64,000 nt of DNA from Hemiscyllium ocellatum (GCF_020745735.1 NC_083453.1:23535802-23599801), one strand, 5' to 3'. Numbered from the stretch's first letter, positions 1 through 12,088 are shown. The notes: generated by a model from the letters alone, not told the origin. A program made the numbers and translations.

Positions 1-277
1 AGAGGCCATTTGGCCCAGCAGGTTCACACTGACCCTCTGAAGAATATCCCAGACCCATTCCACTGTTTAACCTACACATCCATGAACACCATGGACAACT
101 TAGCATGGCCAATTCAATTAAGCTGCACATCTGTGGACTGTGGGAGAAAACCGGAACACCCAGAGGAAACCAACGCAGTCACGGGGAGAATGTGCAAACT
201 CCACACAGTCGCCCAAGGCTGGATTTGAACCTGGTCCCTGGTGCTGTGAGGCAGCAGAGCTAACCAGTGAGCCACCA
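1..277 (-). mobile_element. HE1-type tRNA-derived SINE
   Basis: Reverse complement has a tRNA-like head (TGGCTCACTGGTTAGC..GGTTCAAATCC) and the V-SINE core GTGTGGAGTTTGCACATTCTCCCCGTG; similar copies elsewhere in the window. Confidence 0.8.
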
Positions 278-419
278 TTTTAAAATTTGGAGATGATTCA
301 CATTTCACTGCTGTAGTTTGACATATTACCTAAATGGAGAGAACACAGCCCTTTTCAATGCAATGAGCACTCTGTAAAAATGCTCCATGCAGCAAAACGC
401 TTTCAAATTTGATTGATAC

Positions 420-573
420 CTGATAACGGCTTCATACAGCACCTTCTCCTGAGGATACTGGGTGATAATGGGCAGTAAATCTTTTTGTAGAATCTGTGCA
501 GCTCCCAGTTGCTGCCGAATGTCTCTTGTCTCATCTTCGTGCCTTAAGTACCTGATTAGGTCTTTGACACTCT
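420..573 (-). CDS. TIMELESS: TIMELESS second coding exon (154 nt); gene continues off the left edge
   Basis: (E)[50 protein letters not shown](R); acceptor ttttcag at 574-580, donor AG|gtatc at 419; phase fits the 97-nt upstream exon. Confidence 0.96.
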
Positions 574-1899
574 CTGAAAAACAAGAATGAATTCTAGTCA
601 GCATCTGCTTTTAAAATCAAATGTCACTTCTAATCATCTCCACTTCTTTTCCTGAAGTTATTGGCTTTTGCTTGACCGTGTACTCAAGTGGCCATTTTTC
701 ATGCACAAGCAGAGAATAGGTTCTGGCTGGATATGCTACAATGAGGCCATCACAACCAAACTTGACTCTGTTCCTGTCCAACAGCCACGTGTGCACCTTC
801 AGAATTCTTCAACTGTAAAACAAAAAAAATGGTCAGGCCATGGGGAAAGACCAGGACTAGTGGAGCGAGCTTTCAGAATGCTAGCACATGATGAGTCAAA
901 TGCCTCTTTCTTTGCCCCAACACTCTATCAGTAGCAGCAGCTTTCGCTGGCTTCCTTCCCACGTCTCTAATATTCCAAAGCAAACAGTAGCTGGAGTTGG
1001 TTCACTGAACACAAACCATGAATCCAACCTGCAGATCTCTTGCTCTGTAAGGCCTTGAGTAGCATTGTTACAGACAGATTATGAGTTTCAAAACAAATCA
1101 TTCTCCCTGTTCTCACCACCTGTCTACATGTGGAGGTTTACAACATATTATTTTTTGAGAACTTGGATTCCAAAGTAGAGGTAAATGGGTTTTTGATTCT
1201 CTGTGCTGTGAAGGTGACATTTAAAAAAAAGACTAACTTTTTTTAAGCAGTGGATCAAACAGCATTTAAAGAAATCATGAGACTTAAGCTAAATGACTAG
1301 ACCAGCTACCTGGTGAGATAACTGAAGTGTCTACAACATTGAGCTTTTATGACCTACAAAAAGAGATCAGAGGCAAAAAGCAGTGTCAGTTCAGAGGAAA
1401 CGATCCATATCAGATGTGCTGTTTTGCAGCTTTATGGTAGTCAGAGAAAACTCTGTGACTTAGCCTGTATGTCTTAGGGAGAAATGAAGAGAATCATATC
1501 TGGTGAATGCACAGAAAGTCACTGAAAGGAAATGTTTGTTTCCACGTCAACTGAGTTAGAAAATAGTGAAGATAATGGTGAAACTTCACTGGGGTTGTAT
1601 ACCTGTAAAGGACAACACTGGGAAGAGGGATGAATCTTTCTTTTTGCTGTTTATTATAAGATTTTTCTGAAATGTCTGATATAACTTTGTTCTATTTTCT
1701 ATTAATGCGAATAACATTATTTTGCACATTGGCAGCCTCCTGTGAATATGTTCAGTGACTGAGCATCATCGTAACCAAATTACAAAAGTCAAATCTATGG
1801 CCTATCAAGTCAGGTTTTACTCGGGGATCTGACTTGTCCAGACACCAGGTTATATTCCAACAGTTTATTTGAAATCACAAGCTTTCAGAGCGAGGGCAA

Positions 1900-2246
1900 T
1901 TAAATTGCAGTCTGCTTGCTGTTATGAGCGTAGGTGATAGCAATACTGGATAAGATGTGGAGATGCTGGTGTTGAACTGGGGTGGACAAGGTCAGAGGTC
2001 ACACGGCACCAAGTTATAGTCCAACAGGTTTATTTGAAATCACAAGGTTTTGGAGCACTGCTGTCACATTTCACCTGACAAAGGAGTAGTGCTCCAAAAC
2101 CTTGTGATTTCAAATAAACCTGTTGGACTATAACTTGGTGCCGTGTGACCTCTGACCTTTCCACCCCAGTTCAACACCAGCATCTCCACATCTTATCCAG
2201 TATTGCTATCACCTACGCTCATAACAGCAAGCAGACTGCAATTTAA
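1900..2246. repeat. Near-perfect inverted repeat built on a Penelope-derived terminal cassette
   Basis: Arms 1900-2062 and 2085-2246 are reverse complements with about one substitution and one 1-nt indel; 22-bp spacer. Confidence 0.9.
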
Positions 2247-2849
2247 CTTTTCTCCTCTCTTTAAATAGTAGGGTGTATTTCCCTACTCCCTCTATTGGTG
2301 AACTATGACTTTTGTAAGGAGCACATTACTGTAGGAAAATTAAACCAATGTAGGGCTTATTTCATATACTTTTAGACATTGGGGATTGATTTGCAACAGA
2401 AACACAATTACAAACATACATGGAGAGACAGAATAGAAAAGGATAAAGAAATTGTTCAACTCGTAAAACTAAACTACAAAACAACCAAGAGATACACGTT
2501 TAACAATGCCCCAGATGGAGTTTTAAGATGGAGCCCAAAAATCTAAAACTGCAGCTGGCAGTCTAGACTTCCTTTCTAGAGATGGTTTGATTGACCAGAA
2601 AGCAATGGAAGAGTTGTATATAGCGCGTTCTCTTCAAAAATGGAGGTAATTTTGCTGAAATGAAACTTCTACTTCGCTGTTTTGATGAAAGCAAGTTTAA
2701 CTTGCAGAAAGCAAATGTGAATGGCGGCTTTTTTTTTGTACAGGAAGAAGAGACTTTGCAAGAATGACAAGGCTGTGTGCCATTACTTCCATTGCCTTGG
2801 CATATACCAAGTGGTCTGCCTGATTTAATTCCTTTTATTGACCCCGACT

Positions 2850-3195
2850 GAGTGTTGCAGACTGGCACATTCCAAGGTCCAGGACCACGTGCTGAGGGAT
2901 GCACTAAAGCTTGGGGCAGCTGCCGCCAAGGCACAGTGGGGAAAGACCACCATCTAAGGTCTTTCTTCCAAAAGTACAATGGGAGTCTATTCAGTTATCA
3001 GACCTTCCATTACCTCAAACGTATGTAAATAGAGCCCTGTATAAGTACAAGACGCCTTAGACCTTTTGTTTTACAACTGCAGGGAATGCCAAATTTCTAA
3101 ATGTTGCTTTCTCAAGTACAAAGTCTGTACAGAAACACTTCAGTATTATAAAGATTTTTCATGAATAAAGAATATTTTTGCAATTAAAAATAAAT
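2850..3195 (+). mobile_element. 3' end of an L1/Tx1-like LINE (ORF2 C-terminus and 3'UTR)
   Basis: Reads CCRLAHSKVQDHVLRDALKLGAAAAKAQWGKTTI*, then AT-rich UTR with AATAAA and A-rich end. Family call is recognition only. Confidence 0.45.
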
Positions 3196-3461
3196 TCCTT
3201 TTATCATACTACACAGGAGCTGGTTACAGAGTGGTTTGCTAGACACCATTCAAGAAAGCATTTAAGACTCAATCACATTGCTGTGAACCTGGAGTCACAT
3301 GTAGACAAGACCAGGTATGAGTGGCAGATTTTTCCCTAAAGGACATTAGTGAACCAATCAAAAATGATTTCATGGTTATCATTGGACTAGTTTTTTTGTT
3401 TAATTTTAGTCTTTTTAAAATTGGTGAGATTTGAGCTCTGGATTACTGATCCAATGACAAT

Positions 3462-4418
3462 TATATAAGTGGTTTGGATGCGAACATAGGAGGTATAGTT
3501 AGTAAATTTGCAGATGACACCACAATTGGAGGTGTAGTGGACAGCGAAGAAGGTTACCTCAGATTACAACAGGATCTGGACTAGATGGGCCAATGGGCTG
3601 AGAAGTGGCAGATGGAGTTTAATTCAGATAAATGCGAGGTGCTGCATTTTAGGAAAGCAAATCTTAGCAGGACTTATACACTTAATGGTAAGGTCCTGGA
3701 GACTGTTGCTGAACAAAGAGACCTTGGAGTGCAGGTTCATAGCTCCTTGAAAATAGAGTCCCAGGTAGATAGGATAGTGAAGAAGGCGTTTGGTATGCTT
3801 TCCTTTATTGGTCAGGGTACTGAGTATATAAGTTGGGAGGTCATGTTGCAGCTGTATAGGACATTGGTTAGGCCACGTTTGGAATACTGCAATTCTGGTC
3901 TCCTTCCTATCAGAAGGATGTTGTGAAACCTGAAAGGGTTCAGAAAAGATTTACAAGGATGTTGCCAGGGTTGGAGGATTTGGGCTATAGGGAGAGGTTG
4001 AATAGGCTGCGGCTGTTTTCCCTGCAGTGTCAGAGGCTGAGGGGTGACCTTATAGAGGTTGAGAAAATCATGAAGGGCATGGATATGGTACACAGACAAG
4101 GTCCTTTCCCTGGGTTGGGGATGTCCGGAACTAGACAGCATAGGTTTAGGGTGAGAGGGGAAAGATATAAAAGAGACCTAAGGGGCAACTTTTTCACGCA
4201 GAGGGTGGTGTGTGTGTGGAATGAGCTGTTAGAGGAAGTGGTGGATGCTGGTACAATTACAACATTTAAAAAGTATCCGGATGGGTATATGAATAGGAAG
4301 GTTTTAGAGGAATATGGGCCAGGTGCTGGTAGGTGGGACTAGATTAGGTTGGGATATCTGGGTCAGCATGGACGGGTTGGACTAAAGGGTCTGTTTCCGT
4401 GCTGTACATCTCTATGAC
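3462..4418 (+). mobile_element. CR1-clade (HER1-like) LINE, 5'-truncated
   Basis: KFADDT RT motif, WQMEFNSDKC, FFTQRVV..WNEL C-terminus, TCTATGAC tail; frameshifted. Confidence 0.92.
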
Positions 4419-4569
4419 AATACTACTGTGCCAACAGTTTCCCCCTAAGTTGATGGATACTGGCTGCCAGAAAACCCTGCCAATTCTGAGATACAACATT
4501 CATACAATTTAAAGAATTAAACCTCAGAATTTAAAACATGGCTAAAAGCGCGGGCCTGAAACAACTCAC

Positions 4570-4666
4570 CTAAGCAATCAGGCTCTTTATGATAACTGTC
4601 CCCTTCCAGGTACCCCAAAGCACTGCACGTTGCTAGTAGTTCACAGTTCATCATGTTCAGGTCCAT
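4570..4666 (-). CDS. TIMELESS: TIMELESS first coding exon (97 nt CDS; whole exon 4570-4710)
   Basis: [32 protein letters not shown] matches the vertebrate TIMELESS N-terminus; donor G|gtgagt at 4569; acceptor ttttgttccag at 4711. Not in the ORF track. Confidence 0.96.
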
Positions 4667-5282
4667 ACAGTGCCCTCTTCAAAGTAGTAAAGACATAGGA
4701 CAGAAGCAACCTGGAACAAAAGAAATGCAAGGGGGAAGAGAGAGAAAAAACAAGGGTGAAATTGCTCCAGCTGTAAACGGGACAGTGTGGAAGAATCATT
4801 TTATCATCTGCTCAAAAGTATATTGCAAATGAGGTGTTGTTATAAAGGGTGGAAGAGAGAAATCAAATGGATACATCGGTGCAAAGAAGACAAAAAGTGT
4901 GCTGTTCCCACACTGCTACCATTGTCCATTTCAAGGGTCATCAACCTAAAACATTAACTCCATCTCTGTCTAAGATGCAACCAGACCTACCGAGTGCTGC
5001 TTGCATTTGCTGTCTGGTTTTAAGCTAACAGCAAAATGGTCAATATGAATTCCTGGTCTTAATCATGCTGCTCTGCAAAACAGAATATGACACTATCACC
5101 ATTAACCTCTTACTAGTCCTGCAAGAACAGGAGGCTGGCACAAGGGTCCCACCAGTTTCTTGAGTGGTAGGATTGGCAAAAGTCACATACCGCATCCTTG
5201 AAAAGAGGGACTGGTAGACATCTTGGGGTGTTATGAACATATGAAAATGGAGTAGGCCATTTGGCCCTTCAAGATTAGAGTG

Positions 5283-7165
5283 CCTGCCCCGGCCGACCCA
5301 TTGTCTCAGCCTGCTCCTGCCCCACCGAACTCATCTCCCAATACCTCGACACGCTCCTGTCCCCTTTAGTCCAAGAACTCCCCACCTACATTCGGGACAC
5401 CACCCACGCCCTCCACCTCCTCCAGGATTTTCGCTTCCCCGGTCCCCAACGCCTTATTTTCACTATGGACATCCAGTCCCTGTACACCTCCATCCCCCAT
5501 CACGAAGGACTCAAAGCCCTCCGCTTCTTCCTTTCCCGCCGCACCAACCAGTACCCTTCCACTGACACCCTCCTTCGACTGACTGAACTGGTCCTCACCT
5601 TGAATAACTTCTCTTTTCAATCCTCCCACTTCCTCCAAACTAAAGGAGTTGCCATGGGCACCCGCATGGGCCCCAGCTATGCCTGCCTCTTCGTAGGATA
5701 TGTGGAACAGTCCATCTTCCGCAACTACACTGGCACCACCCCCCACCTTTTCCTCCGCTACATCGATGACTGTATCGGCGCTGCCTCGTGCTCCCACGAG
5801 GAGGTTGAACAGTTCATCAACTTTACTAACACCTTCCATCCCGACCTGAAATTCACCTGGACTGTCTCAGACTCCTCCCTCCCCTTCCTAGACCTTTCCA
5901 TCTCTATCTCGGGCGACCGACTCAACACAGACATTTACTATAAACCGACTGACTCCCACAGCTACCTGGACTACACCTCCTCCCACCCTGCCCCCTGCAA
6001 AAACTCCATCCCATATTCCCAATTCCTTCGTCTCCGCCGCATCTGCTCCCAGGAGGACCAGTTCCAACACCGCACAGCCCAGATGGCCTCCTTCTTCAAG
6101 GACCGCAGATTCCCCCCAGACGTGATCGACGATGCCCTCCACCGCATCTCCTCCACTTCCCGCTCCTCCGCCCTTGAGCCCCGCTCCTCCAACCGCCACC
6201 AAGACAAAACCCCATTGGTTCTCACCTACCACCCCACCAACCTGCGCATACAACGTATCATCCGCCGTCATTTCCGCCACCTCCAAACGGACCCCACCAC
6301 CAAGGATATATTTCCCTCCCCTCCCCTATCAGCGTTCCGCAAGGACCACTCCCTCCGTGACTCCCTCGTCAGATCCACACCCCCCCACCAACCCAACCTC
6401 CACCCCCGGCACCTTCCCCTGCAACCGCAGGAAATGTAAAACTTGCGCCCACACCTCCACACTCACTTCCCTCCAAGGCCCCAAGGGATCCTTCCATATC
6501 CGCCACAAGTTCACCTGTACCTCCACACACATCATCTATTGCATCCGCTGCACCCGATGTGGCCTCCTCTACATTGGGGAGACAGGCCGCTTACTTGCGG
6601 AACGCTTCAGAGAACACCTCTGGGCCGCCTGGACCAACCAACCCAACCACCCCGTGGCTCAACACTTTAACTCTCCCTCCCACTCCACCGAGGACATGCA
6701 GGTCCTTGGACTCCTCCACCGGCAGAACATAACAACACGACGGCTGGAGGAGGAGCGCCTCATCTTCCGCCTGGGAACCCTCCAACCACAAGGTATGAAT
6801 TCAGATTTCTCCAGTTTCCTCATTTCCCCTCCCCCCACCTTGTCTCAGTCGGTTCCCTCAACTCAGCACCGCCCTCCTAACCTGCAATCCTCTTCCTGAC
6901 CTCTCCGCCCCCACCCCACTCCGGCCTATCACCCTCACCTTGACCTCCTTCCACCTATCCCACCTCCATCGCCCCTCCCCCAAGTCCCTCCTCCCTACCT
7001 TTTATCTTAGCTACTCTTGGCTACTCTTTCTCATTTCTGATGAAGGGCTTATGCTCGAAACATCGAATTCCCTATTCCTGAGATGCTGCCTAACCTGCTG
7101 TGCTTTAACCAGCAACACATTTTCAGCTGTGATTTCCAGCATCTGCAGACCTCATTTTTTACTCG
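5283..7165 (+). mobile_element. Penelope-like retroelement (Neptune type), 5'-truncated: RT, Cys linker, GIY-YIG endonuclease, 3' terminus with hammerhead motif
   Basis: MDIQSLYTSIP, GVAMGTRMGPSYA, RYIDD RT motifs; CNRRKCKTC linker; IIYCIRC..LYIGETGR..RFREH; one frameshift near C7 at 6380-6386. Confidence 0.93.
7037..7064 (+). ncRNA. Minimal type I hammerhead ribozyme motif (helix III variant)
   Basis: CTGATGA-AGGGC-TTAT-GCTC-GAAAC-ATC; other copies have GAAACGTC. Confidence 0.65.
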
Positions 7166-7349
7166 AAAAGCACAGCAGGTCAGGCATCATCCGAGGAGCA
7201 GGAAAATCGGCGTTTTGGGCAAAAGCCCTTTGTTTTTCCTACCCGAAACCGATTTTCCTGCTTCTCGGATGCCTCTAACCTGCAGTGCTTTTCCAGCACC
7301 ACTCTAATCTTGACTCCAATTTCCAGCATCTGCAGTACCCACTTCTGCT
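7166..7349. mobile_element. Short fold-back Penelope-derived cassette; its left tip is at 5274-5282
   Basis: GAAAAGCACAGCAGG.. followed by its reverse complement; 15-bp duplication ATTTGGCCCTTCAAG at 5259-5273 and 7350-7364. Confidence 0.8.
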
Positions 7350-7532
7350 ATTTGGCCCTTCAAGCCTGCTTTGCCATTCAACAGGATTATGGCTGATCGG
7401 ATTGTGTCCTTAACTCCACTTTCCTGTCAACCCTTTTAACTCCCTTGATAATCAAGAATCTAACCTACCTCTTTTTGAAAAAAGTATTCAATGACTCTGC
7501 CTCCACTGCTAGCTAAGGAAGGGCACTCCAAA

Positions 7533-7830
7533 AGGTGGTTCGGTGGTTACTATTACTACCTCACAGCACCAAGGACCAAGGTTCAATCCTAGCCTTGGTG
7601 ACTGCCTGAGTGGAGGTTGCACATTCTCCCTGTGTCTGCATGGGAGTGCTCTGGGTTACTCCCACAGTCCAAAGATGTACAGGTTAGATAGATTGGCCAT
7701 GCTAAATTGCCTGTAGTGTCCAGGGATGGCTGGATTAGGCACAAAAAATGCAGAGTCACAGGGATAGGGTGGAATCCTCTTTGGAGGGCCAGTGTGGATC
7801 CGATGGGATGAATAGTCAGCTCCTATGCTA
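7533..7830 (+). mobile_element. HE1-type SINE, diverged
   Basis: tRNA-like head and TGGAGGTTGCACATTCTCCC core. Confidence 0.7.
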
Positions 7831-8090
7831 CAACTCCCAAGCCTCAGAAGAAAACAAATTTCATCTCTTCTTGTGTAGTTAAAAATACATTTGCCATCCC
7901 TGAAGGAGGAGGTCACAAGGATGGCTGGAATTTCAATCACTTCCATTCTCCTTCCACTGAATAAAACCACTTGTGATCAATTGGTAATACCTTTGATATT
8001 TTACTTATTGTTACTGCACCAAAGACCCAGTTTCCCCTGGCACCGAGGCCAAATGCAACACCCCAATTTTCTAAAATTAGATCAGAATTG

Positions 8091-8415
8091 TCAGATTCTG
8101 TGACTTCAGGTTATAGTCCAATATGTTTATTTGAAATCACAAGCTTTCTGAGCACTGCTCTTTTATCAGGTGAAGGCACAGAATTTATAGGCAGAGAGAT
8201 CACTGCAAGATGATTCTAGGTAATTACCTAGAATTATCTTGTAATAATCTCTCTACCTATAAGTTCTATGCCTGTGCACTTCCCTCCACTTCACTTGACG
8301 AAGGAGCAGTGCTCAGAAAGCTTGTGATTTCAAATAAGCATGTTGGATTATAACCTGGTGTCATGTGACTTCTGATTTGGTCCACCCCAGCGCAACACCA
8401 GCACCTTGACATCAT
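8091..8415. mobile_element. Fold-back Penelope-derived element with zero-spacer centre
   Basis: Centre TTCTAGGTAA|TTACCTAGAA (8214-8233); arms of ~120-140 bp, each with a decayed hammerhead motif. Confidence 0.8.
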
Positions 8416-8544
8416 CAGAAGAATTGAACCTGGAAAAATATAGTGCTACACCAGGCAACACAATTATTCAAGTTAACTTCTGAGCTAATTTAACAGAATA
8501 TCCTCCCTCTCTCTATTATTCTCAACACTCCTTGCAAACTGTAC

Positions 8545-9173
8545 TAGTGGTCAGCACTGCCGCCTCACAGTTCAATTCCTGCCTCAGGCAACTGTCTGTG
8601 TGGAGTTTGCACATTCTCCCAGTGTCTGTATGGGTTTCCTCCGGGTGCTCCGGTTTTTTTTTAAAGATTAGATTACTTACAGTGTGGAAACAGGCCCTTC
8701 GGCCCAACAAGTCCACACCGACCCGCCACCCACCCGCCACCCACCCATACCCCTACATTTACCCCTTACCTAACACTAGGGGCAATTTAGCATGACCAAT
8801 TCACCTGACCCGCACATCTTTGGACTGTGGGAGGAAACCCACGCAGACACGGGGAGAACGTGCAAACCCCACACAGTCAGTCGCCTGAGTCAGGAACTGA
8901 ACCCGGGTCTCTGGCGCTGTGAGGCAGCAGTGCTAACCACTGTGCCACCGTGCCGCCCTAAATTCCCACAGTCCAAAAATGTGCAGATTAGGTGAATTGG
9001 CTATGCTAAATTACCCATAGTGTTCAGGGATATGTGGATTAGGTGCATTAGTCAGGGCTAAGTGCACAGTAATAGGGTCGAGGAATGAGTCTGGGTGGGT
9101 TACTCTTCGGAGGGCCAGTGTGGACTTGTTGGCCCAAAGGGCCTGTTTCCATTCTGTAAGTAATCTAATCTAA
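8545..9173. mobile_element. Nested HE1-type SINEs: minus copy (~8666-8957) inside a plus copy
   Basis: Plus copy breaks after GGGTGCTCCGGTTT and resumes at TTCCCACAGTCC; both have TAATC-repeat tails. Confidence 0.82.
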
Positions 9174-9286
9174 GTAAAATTGAGAAGTGCACAAGATTTA
9201 AAATGGAAAAGTGATACTAACAACATGTGTTACTGACATCAGCGACAATACTTCCTACACAAAACAAGGGAAACAATGGCATTAGG

Positions 9287-10850
9287 TAAAGGTGGATAAA
9301 TCCCCAGCACCTGATCAGGTGTACCCGAGAACTCTGTGGGAAGCTAGAGAAGTGATTGCTGGGCCTCTTGCTGAGATATTTGTATCATTGATAGTCACAG
9401 GTGAGGTGCCAGAAGACTGAAGGTTGACAAACGTGGAGCCAGCATTTAAGAAGCCACCGGTAAAGACAAGCCAGGGAACTATACACTGGTGAGCCTGACA
9501 TCGGTGCTGGGCAAGTTGTTGGAAGGAATCCTGAGGGACAGGATGTACATGTATTTGGAAAGGCAAGGACTGATTAGGGGTAGTCAACATGGTTTTGTGC
9601 GTGGGAAATCATGTCTCACAAACTGGAGTGAGTTTTTTGAAGAAGTAACAAAGAGGATTGATGAGGGCAAAACGGTAGATGTGATCTATAAGGCGTTCGA
9701 CAAGGTTCCCCATGGGAGACTGATTAGCAAGGTTTGATCTTATGGAATACAGGGAGAACAAGCCATTAGGAATACAGAACTGGCTCAAAGGTAGAAGACA
9801 GAGGGTGGTGGTGGAGGGTTGTTTTTCAGACTGGAGGCCTGTGACCAGTGGAGTGACAAGGATTGGTGCTGGGTCCCCTACTTTTTGTCATTTACATAAA
9901 TGATTTGGATGCGAGTATATGAGGTACAGTTAGTAAGTTTGCAGAAGACACCACAATTGGAGCTGTAGTGGACAGCGAAGGTTACCTCAGATTACAACAG
10001 GATCTTGATCAGATGACCCAATAGGCTGAGAAGTGGCAGATGGAGTTTAATTCAGATAAATGCGAGGTGCTGCAATTTGGGAAAGCAAATCTTAGCAGGA
10101 CTTCTACACGTAATGGTAAGGTCCTAGGGAGTGTTGCTGAACAAAGAGACCTTGGATTGCAGGTTCATAGCTCCTTGAAAGTGGAGTCGCAGGTAGATAG
10201 GATAGTGAAGGCGGCGTTTGGTATGCTTTCCTTTCTTGGTCAGAGTATGGAGTACAGGAGTTGGGAGGTCATGTTGTGGCTGTACAGGACAATGGTTAAG
10301 CCACTATTGGAATATTGCGTGCAATCCTGGTCTCCTTCCTATCGGAAAGATGTTGTGAAACGTGAAAGGGTTCAGAAACGATTTACAAGGATGTTGCCAG
10401 GGTTGGAGGATTTGAGCTACAGGGAGAGGCTGAACAGGCTGGGGCTGTTTTCCCTGGAACGTCAGAGGCTGAGGGGTGACCTTATAGAAGTTTATAAAAT
10501 TATGAGGGGCATGGATAGGATAAACAGACAAAGTCTTTTCCCTGGGCTCAGGGAATCCAGAACTAGAGAGCGTAGGTTTAGGGTGAGAGGGGAAAGATAT
10601 AAAAGAGACCTAAGGGAGAACCTCCTCACACAGAGGGTGGTACATGTATGGAATGAGCTGCCAGAGGAAGTGGTGGAGGCTGGTACAATTACAGCATTTA
10701 AAAGGCATTTGGATGGGTATATGAATAGGAAGGGTTTGGAGGGATATGGGCCGGGTGCTGGCAGGTGGGACTAGACTGGGTTGGGATATCTGGTCGGCAT
10801 GGACAGGTTGGACCGAAGGGTCTGTTTCCATGCTGTACATCTCTATGACT
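9287..10850 (+). mobile_element. CR1-clade (HER1-like) LINE fragment
   Basis: SLTSVLGKLLE, QHGFVRGKSCLTN, KAFDKVPH RT motifs; C-terminal ORF 10040-10774; TCTATGAC tail. Confidence 0.93.
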
Positions 10851-11492
10851 GTAGAGACCTATATTTTTGTGGGTCTGGTAAACGGTTGCTGAGTCTAATC
10901 CAAAATGTGAAGAAAGCCAGTCTAAATCTTCAACTATACATGAAAGAGAGTAGGTAACGTCGAAAAACATAAATATGGCGCAGTGGTGCTTGGAAGCTTT
11001 ACTTAAAATGTAGAAGCGTTTTTCAACACAAATGACATCTTCCCCAAACCCTCAGCCCTTCATCATCTGAAGTATTAGAAAGAAATGTCAGCTGATTTCC
11101 ACAGACAGGCTGAGCGTTCCACCATTTAAAGATGTCAATATATTATTGAGAATCATATTCCAGATGTTTTCAAATTACACAAACATTTAAAATATACAAA
11201 ATCCAGTAAAATGAGGTATTGGTTCAAATGGAAAAAATGGGAAGGCAGGAAAGGCGGGGGGAGATAGCTGAAGAACAAATGATCAAACTGGCTAAAAGAA
11301 TTTCGGATCCAAAAAGGAATATTTTTGAATCAGTTTGCAACCCAAAAGTGACAACTCACAATCCTGAATTTACCGGTACAGGCAGGATCAAGCAGAATGA
11401 CCCCCTCATGTGGCAAAATCATTCTGTTTTTAGTTGAAGGGATTTAATTTGGGGAGAACGATTTGAAGGGAGGGTAAAAGAAACAAGCTCAC

Positions 11493-11620
11493 CTGAGGTG
11501 TTGCAAGCTAATTTCCGACTGAAATGTTTCAACTCGATTTTCCTCCTAAAATCTGAATAACCCGCGCTCCAAGAATTCCCGCCAACCCCGGAACCGCCAA
11601 ACTGGGAGGAGACAGGGGTG
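11493..11620 (-). promoter_or_regulatory. TIMELESS: Probable TIMELESS non-coding exon 1 and proximal promoter with E2F site
   Basis: Local CpG enrichment; minus-strand donor CAG|gtgagc at 11492; TTGGCGGGAA (11576-11585) and TTGGCGGT (11593-11600). TSS not determined. Confidence 0.6.
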
Positions 11621-12006
11621 GGAAGACCCGATAAATAAATAAAGAGCAGAATATGGATCCTGTGAGCACACAAGTATGTATCATTTCTATTTATAAGATT
11701 AAATATTGCCCGTTCCTTAGTAAATTTTAGAGTGGGCTGCATGCTAATGCAATGGACGTGTGTCTTGATTCAGGCCACCCCTCTCGAGGCGGATTTAAAA
11801 CAGTCCAGGCGGAGAACTGCAACGCTAAATTAACTTTACGTCAGATATTCCGGATTTCCCCGAATAGATGATCGCGTGAGAACGTTTTACAATACGCAAT
11901 TTTAGAACGAAGCATGTTAAAACAATAGAATAACGCTGTCTCATTCAAATAACTGCGAGTTTATTCCAATCTTCTATTTAAACCCCTTTCAACAACGACA
12001 CTATGA

Positions 12007-12088
12007 GTCACGGTGGCCGAGTGGTTAAGGCGTTGGACTCGAAATCCAATGGGGTCTCCCCGCACAGGTTCGAATCCTGTTCGTGACG
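12007..12088 (+). tRNA. tRNA-Ser, anticodon CGA (82 nt, long variable arm)
   Basis: Acceptor stem GTCACGG/TCGTGAC, discriminator G; A box TGGCCGAGTGG; anticodon arm TTGGA-CT-CGA-AA-TCCAA (12040-12042); variable arm GGGG-TCT-CCCC; B box GGTTCGAATCC. Confidence 0.98.

Noticed and set aside
326-604. ORF-track ends for TIMELESS (also 27325-27750, 33642-33845, 56056-56253)
   Set aside because: They run into introns; true exon limits were set from splice sites and phase.
5366-6535. Several long minus-strand ORFs and the Pro-rich N-terminus of ORF 6132-6899
   Set aside because: Shadow frames of the C-rich Penelope coding strand; no independent protein signature.
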